NCBI GenBank assembly: GCA_000002445.1
Contig: CP000067.1
Coordinates: 224,001 to 288,000, forward strand
Reading direction: 5' to 3'
Length of the DNA: 64,000 nucleotides
Source: Trypanosoma brucei
Taxonomy: Eukaryota
Below, in pieces: positions 51,690-63,033 of this stretch (position 1 is the first letter of the stretch; each line of letters opens with the position of its first letter). The notes under the pieces were generated by a model that was not told the DNA's origin, did no database searches, and saw nothing but the letters and a program-made list of their open reading frames with translations. The position numbers and the translations under genes are program-made.

Positions 51690-52491
51690 TACGCAACACC
51701 TGTGGTTATGATGTTAATTTTACCAACGAATGGAAGGTACAAAAGGGAATGCCAAAAACGACGGCAAGGGAAAAGATATAAATAGGTAAACGGGTATATA
51801 TAAAAAAGAATGATCAGAAATATATAAACCTTACCTTAGCCTATCCGATTGTTGTGAACAGCGAACAGACTTTGCCGAAATGAAACAGATGGTGCGCGCA
51901 CTGATGCAAAGGTAAAAACTTCGCGGGCGCAACACGTTAAAAATTTTTTTTTGGTTAAAATGTTTTCAAGAAGAAGGAAAAGAGAAGAGATGTCAAGATA
52001 TTGAGGGTCGAAACGACATGGGAAAGGCAAGGAGCAGAAACAAACAGCAGCAGCACGTAGCAATAAGGGAAAGGAGGAAACAAAATTATAAAAAGTAGTT
52101 GTGGGGGGGGGGTCGACAACATGTGAACTTGTTCGCATGTTGAAGGAGGAAGTACTGGAAACTGGCACACGGTTTCAGGAATGTGGAAAAGAAAAAAACT
52201 TTTAAGGTAGAAAAGATCGGATGAGCGCATACGCCTCGGCAGCAATATCCCACACGCACAAAAACATATGCCCAAAGCGACATTCACTTCGCTGCAAACC
52301 TCCAGCGCATCCTCGCGGTAACCCCACCATCTGTTCGCATTTCCTCTCACTGTCCCCCTTCTCCTTTTCCACCCGACCGTCACATACGCTTCATACTCTT
52401 GTCGGTTACTCCCAGACGCGTTAACACTTGGTAGAGATTTTCAAAATGCCATCCGTCCCTTGCAATCCCCCTTCGCCACACGCACGCACAC

Positions 52492-52507
52492 ATATATATA
52501 TATATAT
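52492..52507. repeat. (AT)8 microsatellite.
   Basis: atatatatatatatat in intergenic sequence. Confidence 0.85.
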
Positions 52508-52639
52508 CTACGCAGAGGCATGATGGGCCCCTCGTCACTGCAAGTAATAGTAAATAAGATAAAACAAAATAAACCAAATCCACTGAGCAATTTGTGATGT
52601 CCACAAATGTTTCTCCGATTTGATCGAGACGTCCATGGC

Positions 52640-54112
52640 TCAAACAAAAACACTCTTCACCGCTTCAGTGATAACTTTAGCGGCCCGCAGCAACTCATCC
52701 TCTGTGGCTGTTCCCTTTACAAGAATGCGCAGCGCCGAAAAGTTGCTGCATGCCTCCTCCTTAGAGAAGAGATGGCGAGTAAGAAGAACACCTTTTCGCC
52801 TTGCCGCTTCCACGACCTGCTGTAACTCCTCCTCTACCTTTTGATGGTGGCACTTCACATAAGCGTCGGTTGGGCGCAGGATCACAATTGGGGACACATC
52901 ACCAGCGCACTCCACCAAAGTAATCTTTTCGGGATTCATTCCAGCGCTCCGGATGGCACCACGAAAGAGACCAGCATTTCTTTGAAGTTTTTCGGGGAAT
53001 GAATGGTCCTCATCCAGAAGTTTCAACACGGCCGAAACACCGGCTGTAATGTAAGGGGCAAGAGAAGCAGAAAAGACGTAAGCGGCAGCTGTAAGTCGCT
53101 GGTATTCGATAATAGCGTGCTCTCCAGCACAGAAACCGCCGACTCCACCCATGGCCTGACTTAAGCTTCCAACATATAAATCAATCCGCGTGGTGGGAAT
53201 ACCATAGTGTTCATGCGTACCGCGCCCCGTGGGGCCCATGCAACCGAAACCACAACTGTCATCGAGAATAATACGAAATTTGTACTTCTCACAGAGCTCC
53301 AAAACCTGTGGGAGTTTGCACACATCGCCCAGGTTCTTGAAGACGCCCTCGGTCACCACAAACCTTCTTGAGAGCTTTTTCTCCTTCATTTCTTTTATCT
53401 GCACCTCTCGCAGAATCTCCTCAAGATGCGCCATGTCATTGTGTCGGTACTTGAGCAGGTTCGCACGGGACAACGTGCAGCCTTCGTGTACGGGAAGACT
53501 AACACCATCATCAACGATTAGATAGTCCCCCCTCGATGCGTGACATGGAATAAGCGTTGAAATCGTAGCAAAGGAGAAACTAAAGATGAGGGAATCTTCA
53601 ACACCAAGAAACTTGGCAATGTCTTCCTCCAGCACCATGTGGGGCTTAATCGTACCATAAAACCCACGGGGGCCACAGCTGCCAACGCCGTACGCCACCA
53701 CAATCTTCTTGGCCACATCCACCACCGTGGGATGCGTTGAAAAGGAGTGAAAATCCTCCGTCACGAGGTCAAGGTACTCTCTGCTGCTTGAATCCGATTC
53801 GTCCCGCAGCGTGATGTAGCAGCTATTACGTGCCTCCACCTCTGACATTCCGGTGCGGTTGGGCAGTTGTGTGTTGGCGTTTGGTTTCGCGTCGGCTCTA
53901 AACATCTGCGACCGGAACGCGGCAATTCGGCGCTGTTGCTCCTCCAGCGGTGGCAATTCCGGCTCAACTATTTTTGAAGTGTTGCGCCTACGGATGAAAT
54001 GCAGGGCCAATGCAACTGCGAGGGCCGCCGCCAGAAGGGCCTCGAGTAATAGATGAGAAAACTCTGAGAACGCCAGCGGTGCAGTGGATGAAAGAGTCTT
54101 AAATCCCACCAT
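52640..54112 (-). CDS. LCB1: Serine palmitoyltransferase subunit 1 (LCB1/SPTLC1-like; non-catalytic aminotransferase-fold subunit).
   Basis: 490 aa. N-terminal TM segment. YGVGSCGPRGFYGT, KYRHNDMAHLEEIL, RRFVVTEGVF, GTHEHYGIP and GGFCAG align with SPTLC1. The SPT2-type GTFTKSFG PLP-lysine motif is absent, which fits LCB1 rather than LCB2. Confidence 0.8.
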   Translation of the reverse strand: MVGFKTLSSTAPLAFSEFSHLLLEALLAAALAVALALHFIRRRNTSKIVEPELPPLEEQQRRIAAFRSQMFRADAKPNANTQLPNRTGMSEVEARNSCYITLRDESDSSSREYLDLVTEDFHSFSTHPTVVDVAKKIVVAYGVGSCGPRGFYGTIKPHMVLEEDIAKFLGVEDSLIFSFSFATISTLIPCHASRGDYLIVDDGVSLPVHEGCTLSRANLLKYRHNDMAHLEEILREVQIKEMKEKKLSRRFVVTEGVFKNLGDVCKLPQVLELCEKYKFRIILDDSCGFGCMGPTGRGTHEHYGIPTTRIDLYVGSLSQAMGGVGGFCAGEHAIIEYQRLTAAAYVFSASLAPYITAGVSAVLKLLDEDHSFPEKLQRNAGLFRGAIRSAGMNPEKITLVECAGDVSPIVILRPTDAYVKCHHQKVEEELQQVVEAARRKGVLLTRHLFSKEEACSNFSALRILVKGTATEDELLRAAKVITEAVKSVFV

Positions 54113-54751
54113 TGTTTTCTTTTTTCCTTCTTGTTCCGATATGCCCGAATGCGTTATTCTTCCTTTTTACACTTATTATACCCTACCCACCTGTGTCTCG
54201 GTGTTGTTGCTGCTGAAAAGAATCAAGAACTGTCAAGATAACTTCTTGATCACACCACCAAGAAAAAAAAAATTCCACACAGTGAGTAATGCTAAACAAA
54301 GAAAATAAGCCCAAAAGAGACCGGCAAAGTGCGACGATGCTCGGAACTAATACAACACTCGTGTGTAGGGATAGTTAAAACAAACTCATGATCCTGAGAA
54401 AGCAGAGGGAAATTCGCACAGAATGCATCCAACGAAACGCAACCACATCTGCAGACATGCGGCTCCGCAACTGTAGCCCGCACTAAACATAAGCGGCAAC
54501 AACCCCGCAACCCAACCTGCCGGCCGCGCTGTGGAATTGCCTCAGCGCCCATCGCCGACTTGAGAGGACTCTTCAACACACAACACAACACAACACAACA
54601 CACTTCACTCCAGTCCAATCCCAAACTTCTCCCGCCTACGACAGGGTACACAATTCCACCACTTCACGCAGGGAAACCTCTTTTTTCCTCCCTACACTCT
54701 TGGCAACACAACCTATGGAGTGTGTCGAAGAAACGTGATCCATCACGAACC

Positions 54752-55579
54752 TCAGTTAATCCGATGCTTCTTCCGCGACCTCGGCGGTCGGCCATCGAGA
54801 AAAGTCAGCACCTCACACGCCGAAGAGCAGAGTTTGTCAGCGTCGTGTACACTCCGCAAATCACTACGGTCACCCCTTATGTCATCCGTTAGCCGCTGCT
54901 TCACAAATTCCACTAACAAAGAAACTTCATCCAGTGCCAGACTCTCAGCAGCAAAACTGTTCTCTCCGCCACACACCTCTGCAGTCGAACAGTCACCAGA
55001 GCTCCCTTTCTCCGAGCTAAGGGGCGCTGAGGCATTTTTAATTGTCTTCACCTTCTCTGCAAGCAGTAATATATAGTGAATCACAGCATCTCCAATCGGG
55101 TTGGAAGCGCCACACAACGATTGCGCCACAAGGGCATGCAGACACTTGAGGTCCGTCGCATGGCTCACCGCCGCATTGCCATATTTTCGACCCCCCGCTG
55201 ACTCTGCGGCGCCAGTGACGAAATGCGCATCGAAGAAGGCCCATCGCTCAGAACTTAGAAGCTCCTTCGCCCGTTCTTCATAACGTGCGTGCGAGGCCAC
55301 ATGAGCCTCTGACACCTTCCGGTCGTTATCAAGAAGCCTCTGTAGAGCGCTGATGGCACTATGGCGCTCAAAGCGTGCAACTATAGTGTTCAAGTACGGA
55401 CAAGTTAACCAAAAAAGGGTTGCGCCCACAGCCGCAGTGCGGCCGTTGCGTCCAACCTTCCCTGCAGTCGCACACAACACAGCAGCCCCACCATGTTTAG
55501 TGCATGTTGCGAGTTGTGCGTCGGGAACCCGGTAGTTTGATTGGTCAGCCGCCGCCACGAACGCACTCGGGCTCTGCAT
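54752..55579 (-). CDS. Hypothetical protein.
   Basis: 275-aa ORF. Ala-rich. No confident family assignment. Confidence 0.4.
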   Translation of the reverse strand: MQSPSAFVAAADQSNYRVPDAQLATCTKHGGAAVLCATAGKVGRNGRTAAVGATLFWLTCPYLNTIVARFERHSAISALQRLLDNDRKVSEAHVASHARYEERAKELLSSERWAFFDAHFVTGAAESAGGRKYGNAAVSHATDLKCLHALVAQSLCGASNPIGDAVIHYILLLAEKVKTIKNASAPLSSEKGSSGDCSTAEVCGGENSFAAESLALDEVSLLVEFVKQRLTDDIRGDRSDLRSVHDADKLCSSACEVLTFLDGRPPRSRKKHRIN

Positions 55580-56173
55580 TGTGGCTTCCGCCCAACAAGT
55601 TGGAGGTTTTACACTGATAAGATTAACTTACTATACAAAAGCCTCCACTGTGAGCCCCTGCTAGCCATTTTATATGGTGTGTATTAGCATCAATGAATGG
55701 AAGGGATTGAAGAGACGGTAGTAAAATCGTTTGGCCAAAAAAACACAATGGGAAAAACAAGTGTAGACACAGAAATACATATAGTCACACATACGAAGGT
55801 GTACATGGGTGACAACGCAACAAAGAAACAAGCATCATCAGGGGTGGAAGAATGAAAAAAAAAAGAAAGAAGGATTGCTCACAAGGAGTAAAATTCATCT
55901 ACAAAGAGGAGAATTATTTATACAGAAAGGGACACAGGAATCGAGCGGGTGAGTGACTACCGAAAGCAGGAAAAGGAAACATTAATATGTACAAAAAAAA
56001 AGAGGTGAAGAAAAAGAAGCCCCCTTGTACCCGATAGTTCTCCTCGCCCCTTCCCTCCCTCCACACGGCGTAACAACAACATTCCGCAGGTGGACCATCC
56101 ACACCATATACATAGGAGCATCAAAGCACCTATTATTCCTAAGAAGATTACGCACTGGGGTATACACATGCGC

Positions 56174-56191
56174 ATATATATATATATATAT
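56174..56191. repeat. (AT)9 microsatellite.
   Basis: atatatatatatatatat in intergenic sequence. Confidence 0.85.
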
Positions 56192-56220
56192 GCGTGCGTT
56201 GCCGCCCGCTGCCATTGCCA

Positions 56221-56721
56221 TTAGACAAGGTCGTATACCTTGTTCACTTCCTCGATTGTAAACTCTTTCTTTTTAGGCACTGCAAGACGTCCCACGTATT
56301 CCTGTATCTCCTTTGCGTTTTTCTTCACCATGTCAGGTCCCGCATAGAGGTATCGTTTTCTGCTCTCCTCCATATTGGCTTTTTTGCGTGCGAGCGTTTC
56401 TGTATAAAGCCTCTCCACACTACTCTCGACATCGGCGGAGGATATTTTTTTGGATAAAGTTTTCCTTTCCTCTTGAATCTCCAAATTTTCACGAGCTGCA
56501 CGTCGTCTGTTCATTTCATGATCGACCTGCCGCACGACGCTACTCTCAATTGCTTCTTTTGGTAGCCGTTTTGGTGGGGCTGTTGGATAAAAACGGGCGT
56601 CCAGTTGTCGAAGGGTCTCCGCTTTGTGTTCAACCGATTTGTCATGAAGGCGTGTGACAAGCGCCTCGAACTGCCCCTCCGTCAACATGAGTCCAATCCT
56701 GGGATGTGAATCTTGTTCCAT
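56221..56721 (-). CDS. Hypothetical charged protein.
   Basis: 166-aa ORF. Lys/Glu/Arg-rich, coiled-coil-like. No family recognised. Confidence 0.4.
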   Translation of the reverse strand: MEQDSHPRIGLMLTEGQFEALVTRLHDKSVEHKAETLRQLDARFYPTAPPKRLPKEAIESSVVRQVDHEMNRRRAARENLEIQEERKTLSKKISSADVESSVERLYTETLARKKANMEESRKRYLYAGPDMVKKNAKEIQEYVGRLAVPKKKEFTIEEVNKVYDLV

Positions 56722-57013
56722 ATCTAGTTTATGTTGTTTTAATCGTTAGCACTTTCCTCACACACCAGAAAAATTCTAAGAAGTGAGCAAGGATTCAAAA
56801 TGGCACCCCTTTACAGGGGAACGGCACATAGTAAAGATCGTAAAATTTAAAGGAAATGGGGTGGAAAAAGAGCAGTGAAGCAAACACTGTTTTGCTCCCC
56901 ATGTACACACCGGGTACAAGCACACGGATACACACAAACAAACAAACGAACGTTTACGCAACTTCGTCTCACATGGACTAAACCTAAAGAGGTGATCACA
57001 CCCCCACAAAAAG

Positions 57014-58399
57014 CTAACAATGAAACTCAGGTGCGCTTACAACTTTATAATCCTCCCACGCTGCGAGGACTTCACGGTCAAGCTCAAAATAGCGGCTCAG
57101 GGGTTTGTGCCACTTCGCGTCCAAATCCACAACGCCAACACGACATATGGCTGCTTGAGGATGCTCCAAGTTAATCGTCACACCATTAGGTGTATCTCCG
57201 CATTCGATGAACCTGACACGCGGGTTGCTACATAAATTTGCTGACTTTTCCTCAGCTGCCGAACCATCCATGCCCAACTTTGGTGGTGACGACAGTGATG
57301 GTGGCAACTCCACCTTCTCTGATATCGTTAAAGCAACAAGCACGGACACATCCTTCGCTGTGACGGAAGCGTAGAAACGCTCAACGCATTCCTCAAAACC
57401 CATTGGAGGGGCAATAAAATGTGTCAAATGAATACCGCTACATGTCTCCATGCATAACGAAAGGGGAAGCTCACTCTGACAAGCACAGCTTTCAGCCGCA
57501 AACTGTCCCTCGCAAGTGCTGCAAACAATCCAACGAACGCTTGACATGTTTCGTGCCTCACTCCACCGAAAAAGCAACTCAATGTCGAGCACAGGCCACT
57601 CACAACTGGAACTGCTGCCAAAGAGTTGCAGATTTGCTAATATGGAGAGGATCCCCGATCGCCGCAGAACAGAGGAAACAATGTCAATAGAGTTCTCATT
57701 CAGCCCTTGACCTGCATCTGTTGCATGAAGAATCGCAAGGTTATTTCCGGGGTGTTCGCTGAGGTGTTGCAGTGCGTCTACGATAGAAGACCCATCACCC
57801 AGCAACAGCTGATTTGGGCAATAGGTGCAGCGACGCTCCATGGACACCGGGGTGCTATGGTTGTGCCTTTTGCGTTTCAGCAGTTGCATGAGCGAGAATC
57901 GGCACTGACGCAGCTTGATTGGATGCAAATAATATTCTACACCGTCCACGACCACACCCACAACAGCGGGCCGCCTCCATACACCCTTTGGCTTGATTTC
58001 CATGGCCAAAGTTGAGTAATGTGGCCAACTGTCTGTCATAGCTTCTGTCCCTACACCGTCAGAAGTGCTTCTCCCGCCATGGAGCTGAATATGTCGTGGG
58101 TCAGCTGCGAAGTTGGAGACAAGCTCAGCGTAAAGAGCTTCTTGGCAACGAGCCGCAAATAGCGGATAGGCAGCGGCGCATCGCTCCCTCAACTTATCGT
58201 CCAACCCGATACCTAATCTGAAACCAATAAAGTCGTTCAGTGCATCACAGCAGGTGGGGCATCTAAGCAGCTTCCGCGCGCTCAGTCGCAATGCAAGTTG
58301 CCACAGCAGATGAGACGGCAGCAGATGGCCCCATTCACGTGCCTCCTCTTCCGACAATGCAAAAACGATGCTACACGCTCCTGCACCGAGGAAGCGCAT
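57014..58399 (-). CDS. IPK1: Inositol-pentakisphosphate 2-kinase (IPK1/IPPK).
   Basis: 461 aa. EIKPKGVW, TYCPNQ, SVTAKDVSVLVAL and VVDLDAKWHKP correspond to conserved IPPK blocks (EIKPKCGF, RYCMHQ, AMTAKDCSIMIAL, LDLDLKP), recalled from memory. Confidence 0.7.
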   Translation of the reverse strand: MRFLGAGACSIVFALSEEEAREWGHLLPSHLLWQLALRLSARKLLRCPTCCDALNDFIGFRLGIGLDDKLRERCAAAYPLFAARCQEALYAELVSNFAADPRHIQLHGGRSTSDGVGTEAMTDSWPHYSTLAMEIKPKGVWRRPAVVGVVVDGVEYYLHPIKLRQCRFSLMQLLKRKRHNHSTPVSMERRCTYCPNQLLLGDGSSIVDALQHLSEHPGNNLAILHATDAGQGLNENSIDIVSSVLRRSGILSILANLQLFGSSSSCEWPVLDIELLFRWSEARNMSSVRWIVCSTCEGQFAAESCACQSELPLSLCMETCSGIHLTHFIAPPMGFEECVERFYASVTAKDVSVLVALTISEKVELPPSLSSPPKLGMDGSAAEEKSANLCSNPRVRFIECGDTPNGVTINLEHPQAAICRVGVVDLDAKWHKPLSRYFELDREVLAAWEDYKVVSAPEFHC

Positions 58400-58674
58400 C
58401 GTCGCTAACCGGGAGTGGGGAGGAGGAATCCCCCGCTATGCATATCGGTCGAGGAGAAGGTTAACACAAAGGAAAACAGGTGCACATCAGAAGGCGGAAT
58501 GGAAAAAAAAAACGGACGGGCAAAAGCAGCTGGTACCATTAAAACGAAAGCAGTGATGGTCCACAGAGACTTCCGAATGTGTGGCAACAAAAAAGTATCA
58601 CGACACGATATAAGGGAAAGAGCGGTGGAACATAGCGTTGTGTGTGAATACGTTTCCCCGGACCACTAAATTCA

Positions 58675-61600
58675 TTATTCTCCTTCACCGTTGGTAGGGA
58701 TGGGACTAATGACGACGTTTGCTGCACCTCCCAGATGACACTCACGCACCAGTTCAGCATACATCTTAGCTTCCGGAGAGGTCCCCATAATTCGCCGCAA
58801 CAATTCCATGACTCGCAGTGCTTCCGCCCATGTCCAACCTCGGCAAAGATTCAGCAGTTTCCCCCGAGGTGGTGGAGACTGTGACAGTAATTCGATAGAT
58901 AACAACCACCTGTCACTGCCGCGCCTCGAGTCACTCCACAAAAGCGCTTGTTCCGGTCTGTCGTGTACAAAGCGCCCCGCTCTCAGTAACAACGTCATGG
59001 CATCATCAACATCGCGCAGCGCAAAGACAAGAAGCGACCGCTCGTAAATGTTCGGATGCTTTAAACTCTTGAAAAAGTAGAGTGCAGCATTGTAGTCATT
59101 TGTTCCGTATGCGGCACTCCGTAACAGATGCGAGGTGATGTTCGCCGGTATTGGCATTTGCATCACCCGGCTCAGGTGATGGTAGAGAAGTCCAATAATC
59201 AGCAGCGCATGGAGAGGTTTATCCTCGCGGAGTGCAACAGGAACACCCCGCCGGCCCTCCCTCCCCAACTGTGTCATTCCGAAACCTTCCACGATATGGT
59301 TGAACAGCCGGCGCACCAACGGCCACACCGTGGTATCACTCCACCTTTCGCCGTCATAATGGAGTAATAGACCCTTCAGTAACGTCACAAGGGGTCGGAG
59401 GTATGTTGCATCCGCCCTGTATTCCTTCATCACCAACATTTGGTACCGATAGACGGCCTTGACTGCAGTGACAAGAGATTTCTCCTCCACTGCCTGGTAG
59501 TAAACGCGCACGGTATTCAGCAGGAAAGAGTAAGGAAATAATGATACCCCTTTACTTACAGCGTCAAACGGGATATGTGGCTTCATGCAAGCGATAAGCA
59601 ACCAGTGCTCATCGATCACCTCATTATTTTCACTCAAATCGCCGATTGCTGTTAGTGCTTGTTCCCATGATAAAACACGAAGTAGTCGCTGAAGCCCATG
59701 TTCGTCCACGTCCAGCGCGCAAAGAGTAGAAAGTTTAGCTGTCTGCATGACATCGTGCATTGATTGCGAAGACTGAAGCAAAGCGCAGCATGCCCCAAGT
59801 ACACGCCTCCTCCACTGCACATCCTTCCTTCCATTGCTGAACTTCGTCCGAAAGGCAGAAATCACAAGCTCATCCGTCGCAAATCTGGTATCGCCATGAA
59901 GCAGATCCTGCAGAACAAGAGTCCAACGGTCCTGCGGATTGCCCCTCCAGAGCAATTTGACAACATTTAAGGCTAAATGGCGAGGCGCCACATAAGCCAG
60001 AGCGGCAGACGACTCCGGATAGGGAGGTTTCGTTCGCTGCATAATTACAATAGCACGCTCCCACTGCCCGGTAAGAGCTAAGGCACTCATACAACTCTCC
60101 AAAGCTACCGCATGCGCAGTAAGATAATGTAGAGGGGTGGTTAATGCAATGCGGGACGACAGGGTAGCATCTAAACGGCCAAAATGAGGAGTTGCGCGAA
60201 GTACCGCTAATGAAAACTCGTGACGAAGACCGGCGGTAAGTTGAACTTTCCCGCTTGCAAGGCAGCGCGAAACCTCCCGCAGGAATGCCTCGCCGGACAA
60301 CTTATTGGTGAGACGGAGATGTTCCACCACGATGGCACAGAGAGCATTGCATCCCTCACCATCTGTGACAATTTCATTACCCGATAGAAACTTGGCATAT
60401 CGGTCGGGAGACACTGGTTTCAGCCCACCCCTTCTCCGCAAGCCAAAATGATGTTTGCGCAGCTCCTGAGGGATAACCTGCACAAAATATTGCTGGACTT
60501 TGCTGCTGGCGGAAAGGCACACAAGTCTAGAAAGTTCCTCGCTCTGGAACGTGAAGCACTGTATCTCACTACTTTCCTCCAATATCGGGGACTTCGGTGA
60601 AAGTTTCGGCTCACTTCGTGCCAGCATCAATGACTTGAGCCTAGCATTATCATGAACATTTTTTAGTTGTCTCCAGTCCCCATGCAGAGCAACGGCTAAC
60701 TGCTCCTCAAAGGAAACAGGCGCTTGCAGCCCACCGGGAAGATTCACACGGCACAGAGCCCCTTCGTAGGCAAGCAGTTCATGGGGCAAAGCAGCGCCTC
60801 TTGATGCATACGGTGCGAGGGGGAGTGCTACGTCATAGTAACGACACCCACAAAGCAAACCAATGGCCTCAGCCCATTCGCCCCTCTGGGCCAGCTTAAA
60901 AGCCCTACGTGACAATGTTCCGGCGTACATGGACTCCCCCGTCGCTCGAGTGGCGTCCGTTAGTATTTGCATTCGTTGCGGGTGGTCGCCAGGTACCATA
61001 CTGAGGATGGGACGCAATATGCCATATGAGTCGACGCCGTTCTGACTACAAAAATGGAGAGAAGCCTCCCATCCCACAGCGGAAATGCAGTCCTTTCGAA
61101 TAAGTAGCGCTTGAGCTGCGTCACGCGACCTCCACCGCTCGTATGTTCTCAATGCACACAGCCAGTTCGGGGCGTATTCGATAGACGAAGCAACAAAGGA
61201 GGGCTCTACAGGGTGAAGACACTCTATAGCTTTAATCCATTGAACCATACGCGAAGTGTGTAACCAAAGAAGCCGTTTGGCCGAAGGCCGGACTTCGTGC
61301 GCGGCATTGACAACGGACAGAGCGACGCTCCACTGGCCTTGGGTTGCATATAACATGGCATATCTAAAAGCCAATACCTCTCTTTCTGACCTTGGCAATT
61401 TCTCAGCCCCAACCAGCGCCAGGAGACGGCAACAACTCAGTGCCGTGTCCGGTTGTTTCCCTCCCAGCTCATAGCAGTGCAGTAGTACACAAGACACAAC
61501 TGGAAGCACACCTCCCAGCTGAGGGCGTTCTCGAATCGCTGCCAGCACTATGGACGCAAATTGAACAATTGTTTCTGAAGCCAGAAGACGGTTGAAAACG

Positions 61601-61980
61601 GCAAGCATGTCATCTTCAGTTTGCCAGGCGCCCACGATAACATGTGGTAGTTGCATCCACAGCCTGGACGTAGGTCCCAGTCTGCTGCACACAAATTCCC
61701 TCCGAGAAGGCGAAAATGCAGCCAACTGGGCGTCCATCAATGTCAAAGAGTTCCTCCAAGTAATGTTATGTCGGGCGAGGGCCTTCCAAACGGTTGTCGA
61801 GTTGCCTTTTGAGGCTAAGAACGACAAACGTTGCTGTTGCTCCGCACGCTGTGTCTCATTCAGCGTCCTCCGCATGAGCCTGAAAGCATCCCCCTTTGTC
61901 AAGGGTTGACCCTCAGTAAGGTGTTTCTTCCATTGCCGTAAAAGGGTGTCATCGCAAAAAATGCGCGCGGAACACCGCAT
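58675..61980 (-). CDS. Large alpha-helical repeat protein (PPR/TPR-like?), possibly mitochondrial.
   Basis: 1101-aa ORF. Leu/Ala-rich helical content throughout. The N-terminus MRCSARIF is presequence-like. No specific motif recognised. Confidence 0.45.
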   Translation of the reverse strand: MRCSARIFCDDTLLRQWKKHLTEGQPLTKGDAFRLMRRTLNETQRAEQQQRLSFLASKGNSTTVWKALARHNITWRNSLTLMDAQLAAFSPSRREFVCSRLGPTSRLWMQLPHVIVGAWQTEDDMLAVFNRLLASETIVQFASIVLAAIRERPQLGGVLPVVSCVLLHCYELGGKQPDTALSCCRLLALVGAEKLPRSEREVLAFRYAMLYATQGQWSVALSVVNAAHEVRPSAKRLLWLHTSRMVQWIKAIECLHPVEPSFVASSIEYAPNWLCALRTYERWRSRDAAQALLIRKDCISAVGWEASLHFCSQNGVDSYGILRPILSMVPGDHPQRMQILTDATRATGESMYAGTLSRRAFKLAQRGEWAEAIGLLCGCRYYDVALPLAPYASRGAALPHELLAYEGALCRVNLPGGLQAPVSFEEQLAVALHGDWRQLKNVHDNARLKSLMLARSEPKLSPKSPILEESSEIQCFTFQSEELSRLVCLSASSKVQQYFVQVIPQELRKHHFGLRRRGGLKPVSPDRYAKFLSGNEIVTDGEGCNALCAIVVEHLRLTNKLSGEAFLREVSRCLASGKVQLTAGLRHEFSLAVLRATPHFGRLDATLSSRIALTTPLHYLTAHAVALESCMSALALTGQWERAIVIMQRTKPPYPESSAALAYVAPRHLALNVVKLLWRGNPQDRWTLVLQDLLHGDTRFATDELVISAFRTKFSNGRKDVQWRRRVLGACCALLQSSQSMHDVMQTAKLSTLCALDVDEHGLQRLLRVLSWEQALTAIGDLSENNEVIDEHWLLIACMKPHIPFDAVSKGVSLFPYSFLLNTVRVYYQAVEEKSLVTAVKAVYRYQMLVMKEYRADATYLRPLVTLLKGLLLHYDGERWSDTTVWPLVRRLFNHIVEGFGMTQLGREGRRGVPVALREDKPLHALLIIGLLYHHLSRVMQMPIPANITSHLLRSAAYGTNDYNAALYFFKSLKHPNIYERSLLVFALRDVDDAMTLLLRAGRFVHDRPEQALLWSDSRRGSDRWLLSIELLSQSPPPRGKLLNLCRGWTWAEALRVMELLRRIMGTSPEAKMYAELVRECHLGGAANVVISPIPTNGEGE

Positions 61981-62379
61981 CCCGCATTTCTACGGGGTAT
62001 AAGTAACCCGCACAAATCTGCTACCGCTAGCACACTACACACACAAACACACGGCCATACAATGTTAACGAAGCGAAAAGAAAAAAAGAAAGAAAGGAAA
62101 GAAAGAAAGAAACACCATTACGCTTTATCAACGAAGATCGAAACACAAAATGTGAGTGAACAAAGCAGCAAAGGGACAGACGAAGATGTTGGTCGGAAAA
62201 CGTAAACAGGACTGTTCAAGAAGAATGAATGCTACATCTCCCTAAGAGAGTCCTAGGTGAATAGCATGTACCCCAATCACTCCCAAACACGCGGCGTACA
62301 GCCCCCCAAAAAAAAAAAAGAAAAAATAATGATAATAGAAAAGACGCACCATCATCAGCACTGCCTGAATCACGATACT

Positions 62380-62988
62380 TCAATGCATAAACTCGTTAGG
62401 CTTCCACCGGCGGATAAACTGCGGATCCCTATACTTCCACCCCTTCACCTCGGGATCAGTCCAGCAGAGTGGACGTGGATTCTTGTCTGCATGCGGGTGA
62501 ATACTATCCTCATACAACCAGGCCTTTTCCAACGGGGCAATGCGCGTCTTTAGTTTACGGACAAAGTGGCGGTTAACTTCATCCTTCAAAAACCACCACA
62601 TGAGCATGCAAGGATCACGCTCATACATATCCGTAAGCCTAATACGGTACTTCCCACCCGGGTATGCCGTCTGCCACGTGATGGGCACACGAATCCATTG
62701 ATCACCAACCATCACAACATCTTTAATATTGACAATAACAACATGATCACCCGTTATCATCCCTGGCGTAAAATCAGGTCGATGCTGTCCAGTAATGTAT
62801 TGAGCCGCTACGGCTGCCACACGCGGCAGCTGCTCACCGCGGGCATCGAGTAACCACCACCTCTCCCCCTCGCGGCAGAGCCATTGCTTCGACATATCAT
62901 TATACAGCGGCAGTCCCTCTGGATGGTGCTTGTGGCGCCGTAACACACTCTTGAAGGGAGCCATAACTATCCTGGTTGATCGCTGCAT
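62380..62988 (-). CDS. Mitochondrial ribosomal protein uL13m (bacterial-type L13).
   Basis: 202 aa. WWLLDARGEQLPRVAAVAAQYITGQHRPDFTPGMITGDHVVIVNIKDVVMVG aligns by eye with bacterial L13 (W.V.DA.G..LGRLA...A..L.GKHK..YTP..D.GD.V.V.NA.KV.). Confidence 0.7.
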   Translation of the reverse strand: MQRSTRIVMAPFKSVLRRHKHHPEGLPLYNDMSKQWLCREGERWWLLDARGEQLPRVAAVAAQYITGQHRPDFTPGMITGDHVVIVNIKDVVMVGDQWIRVPITWQTAYPGGKYRIRLTDMYERDPCMLMWWFLKDEVNRHFVRKLKTRIAPLEKAWLYEDSIHPHADKNPRPLCWTDPEVKGWKYRDPQFIRRWKPNEFMH

Positions 62989-63033
62989 CAGTAAATAGCT
63001 ACGCCAGTAACAAAAATATTACGTCAAGAATAT

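Noticed and set aside
52640-58399. A possible functional operon linking SPT1 and IPK1 (lipid/inositol metabolism).
   Set aside because: Kinetoplastid polycistronic units are not functional operons. The intervening genes are unrelated, so the adjacency is most simply coincidence.
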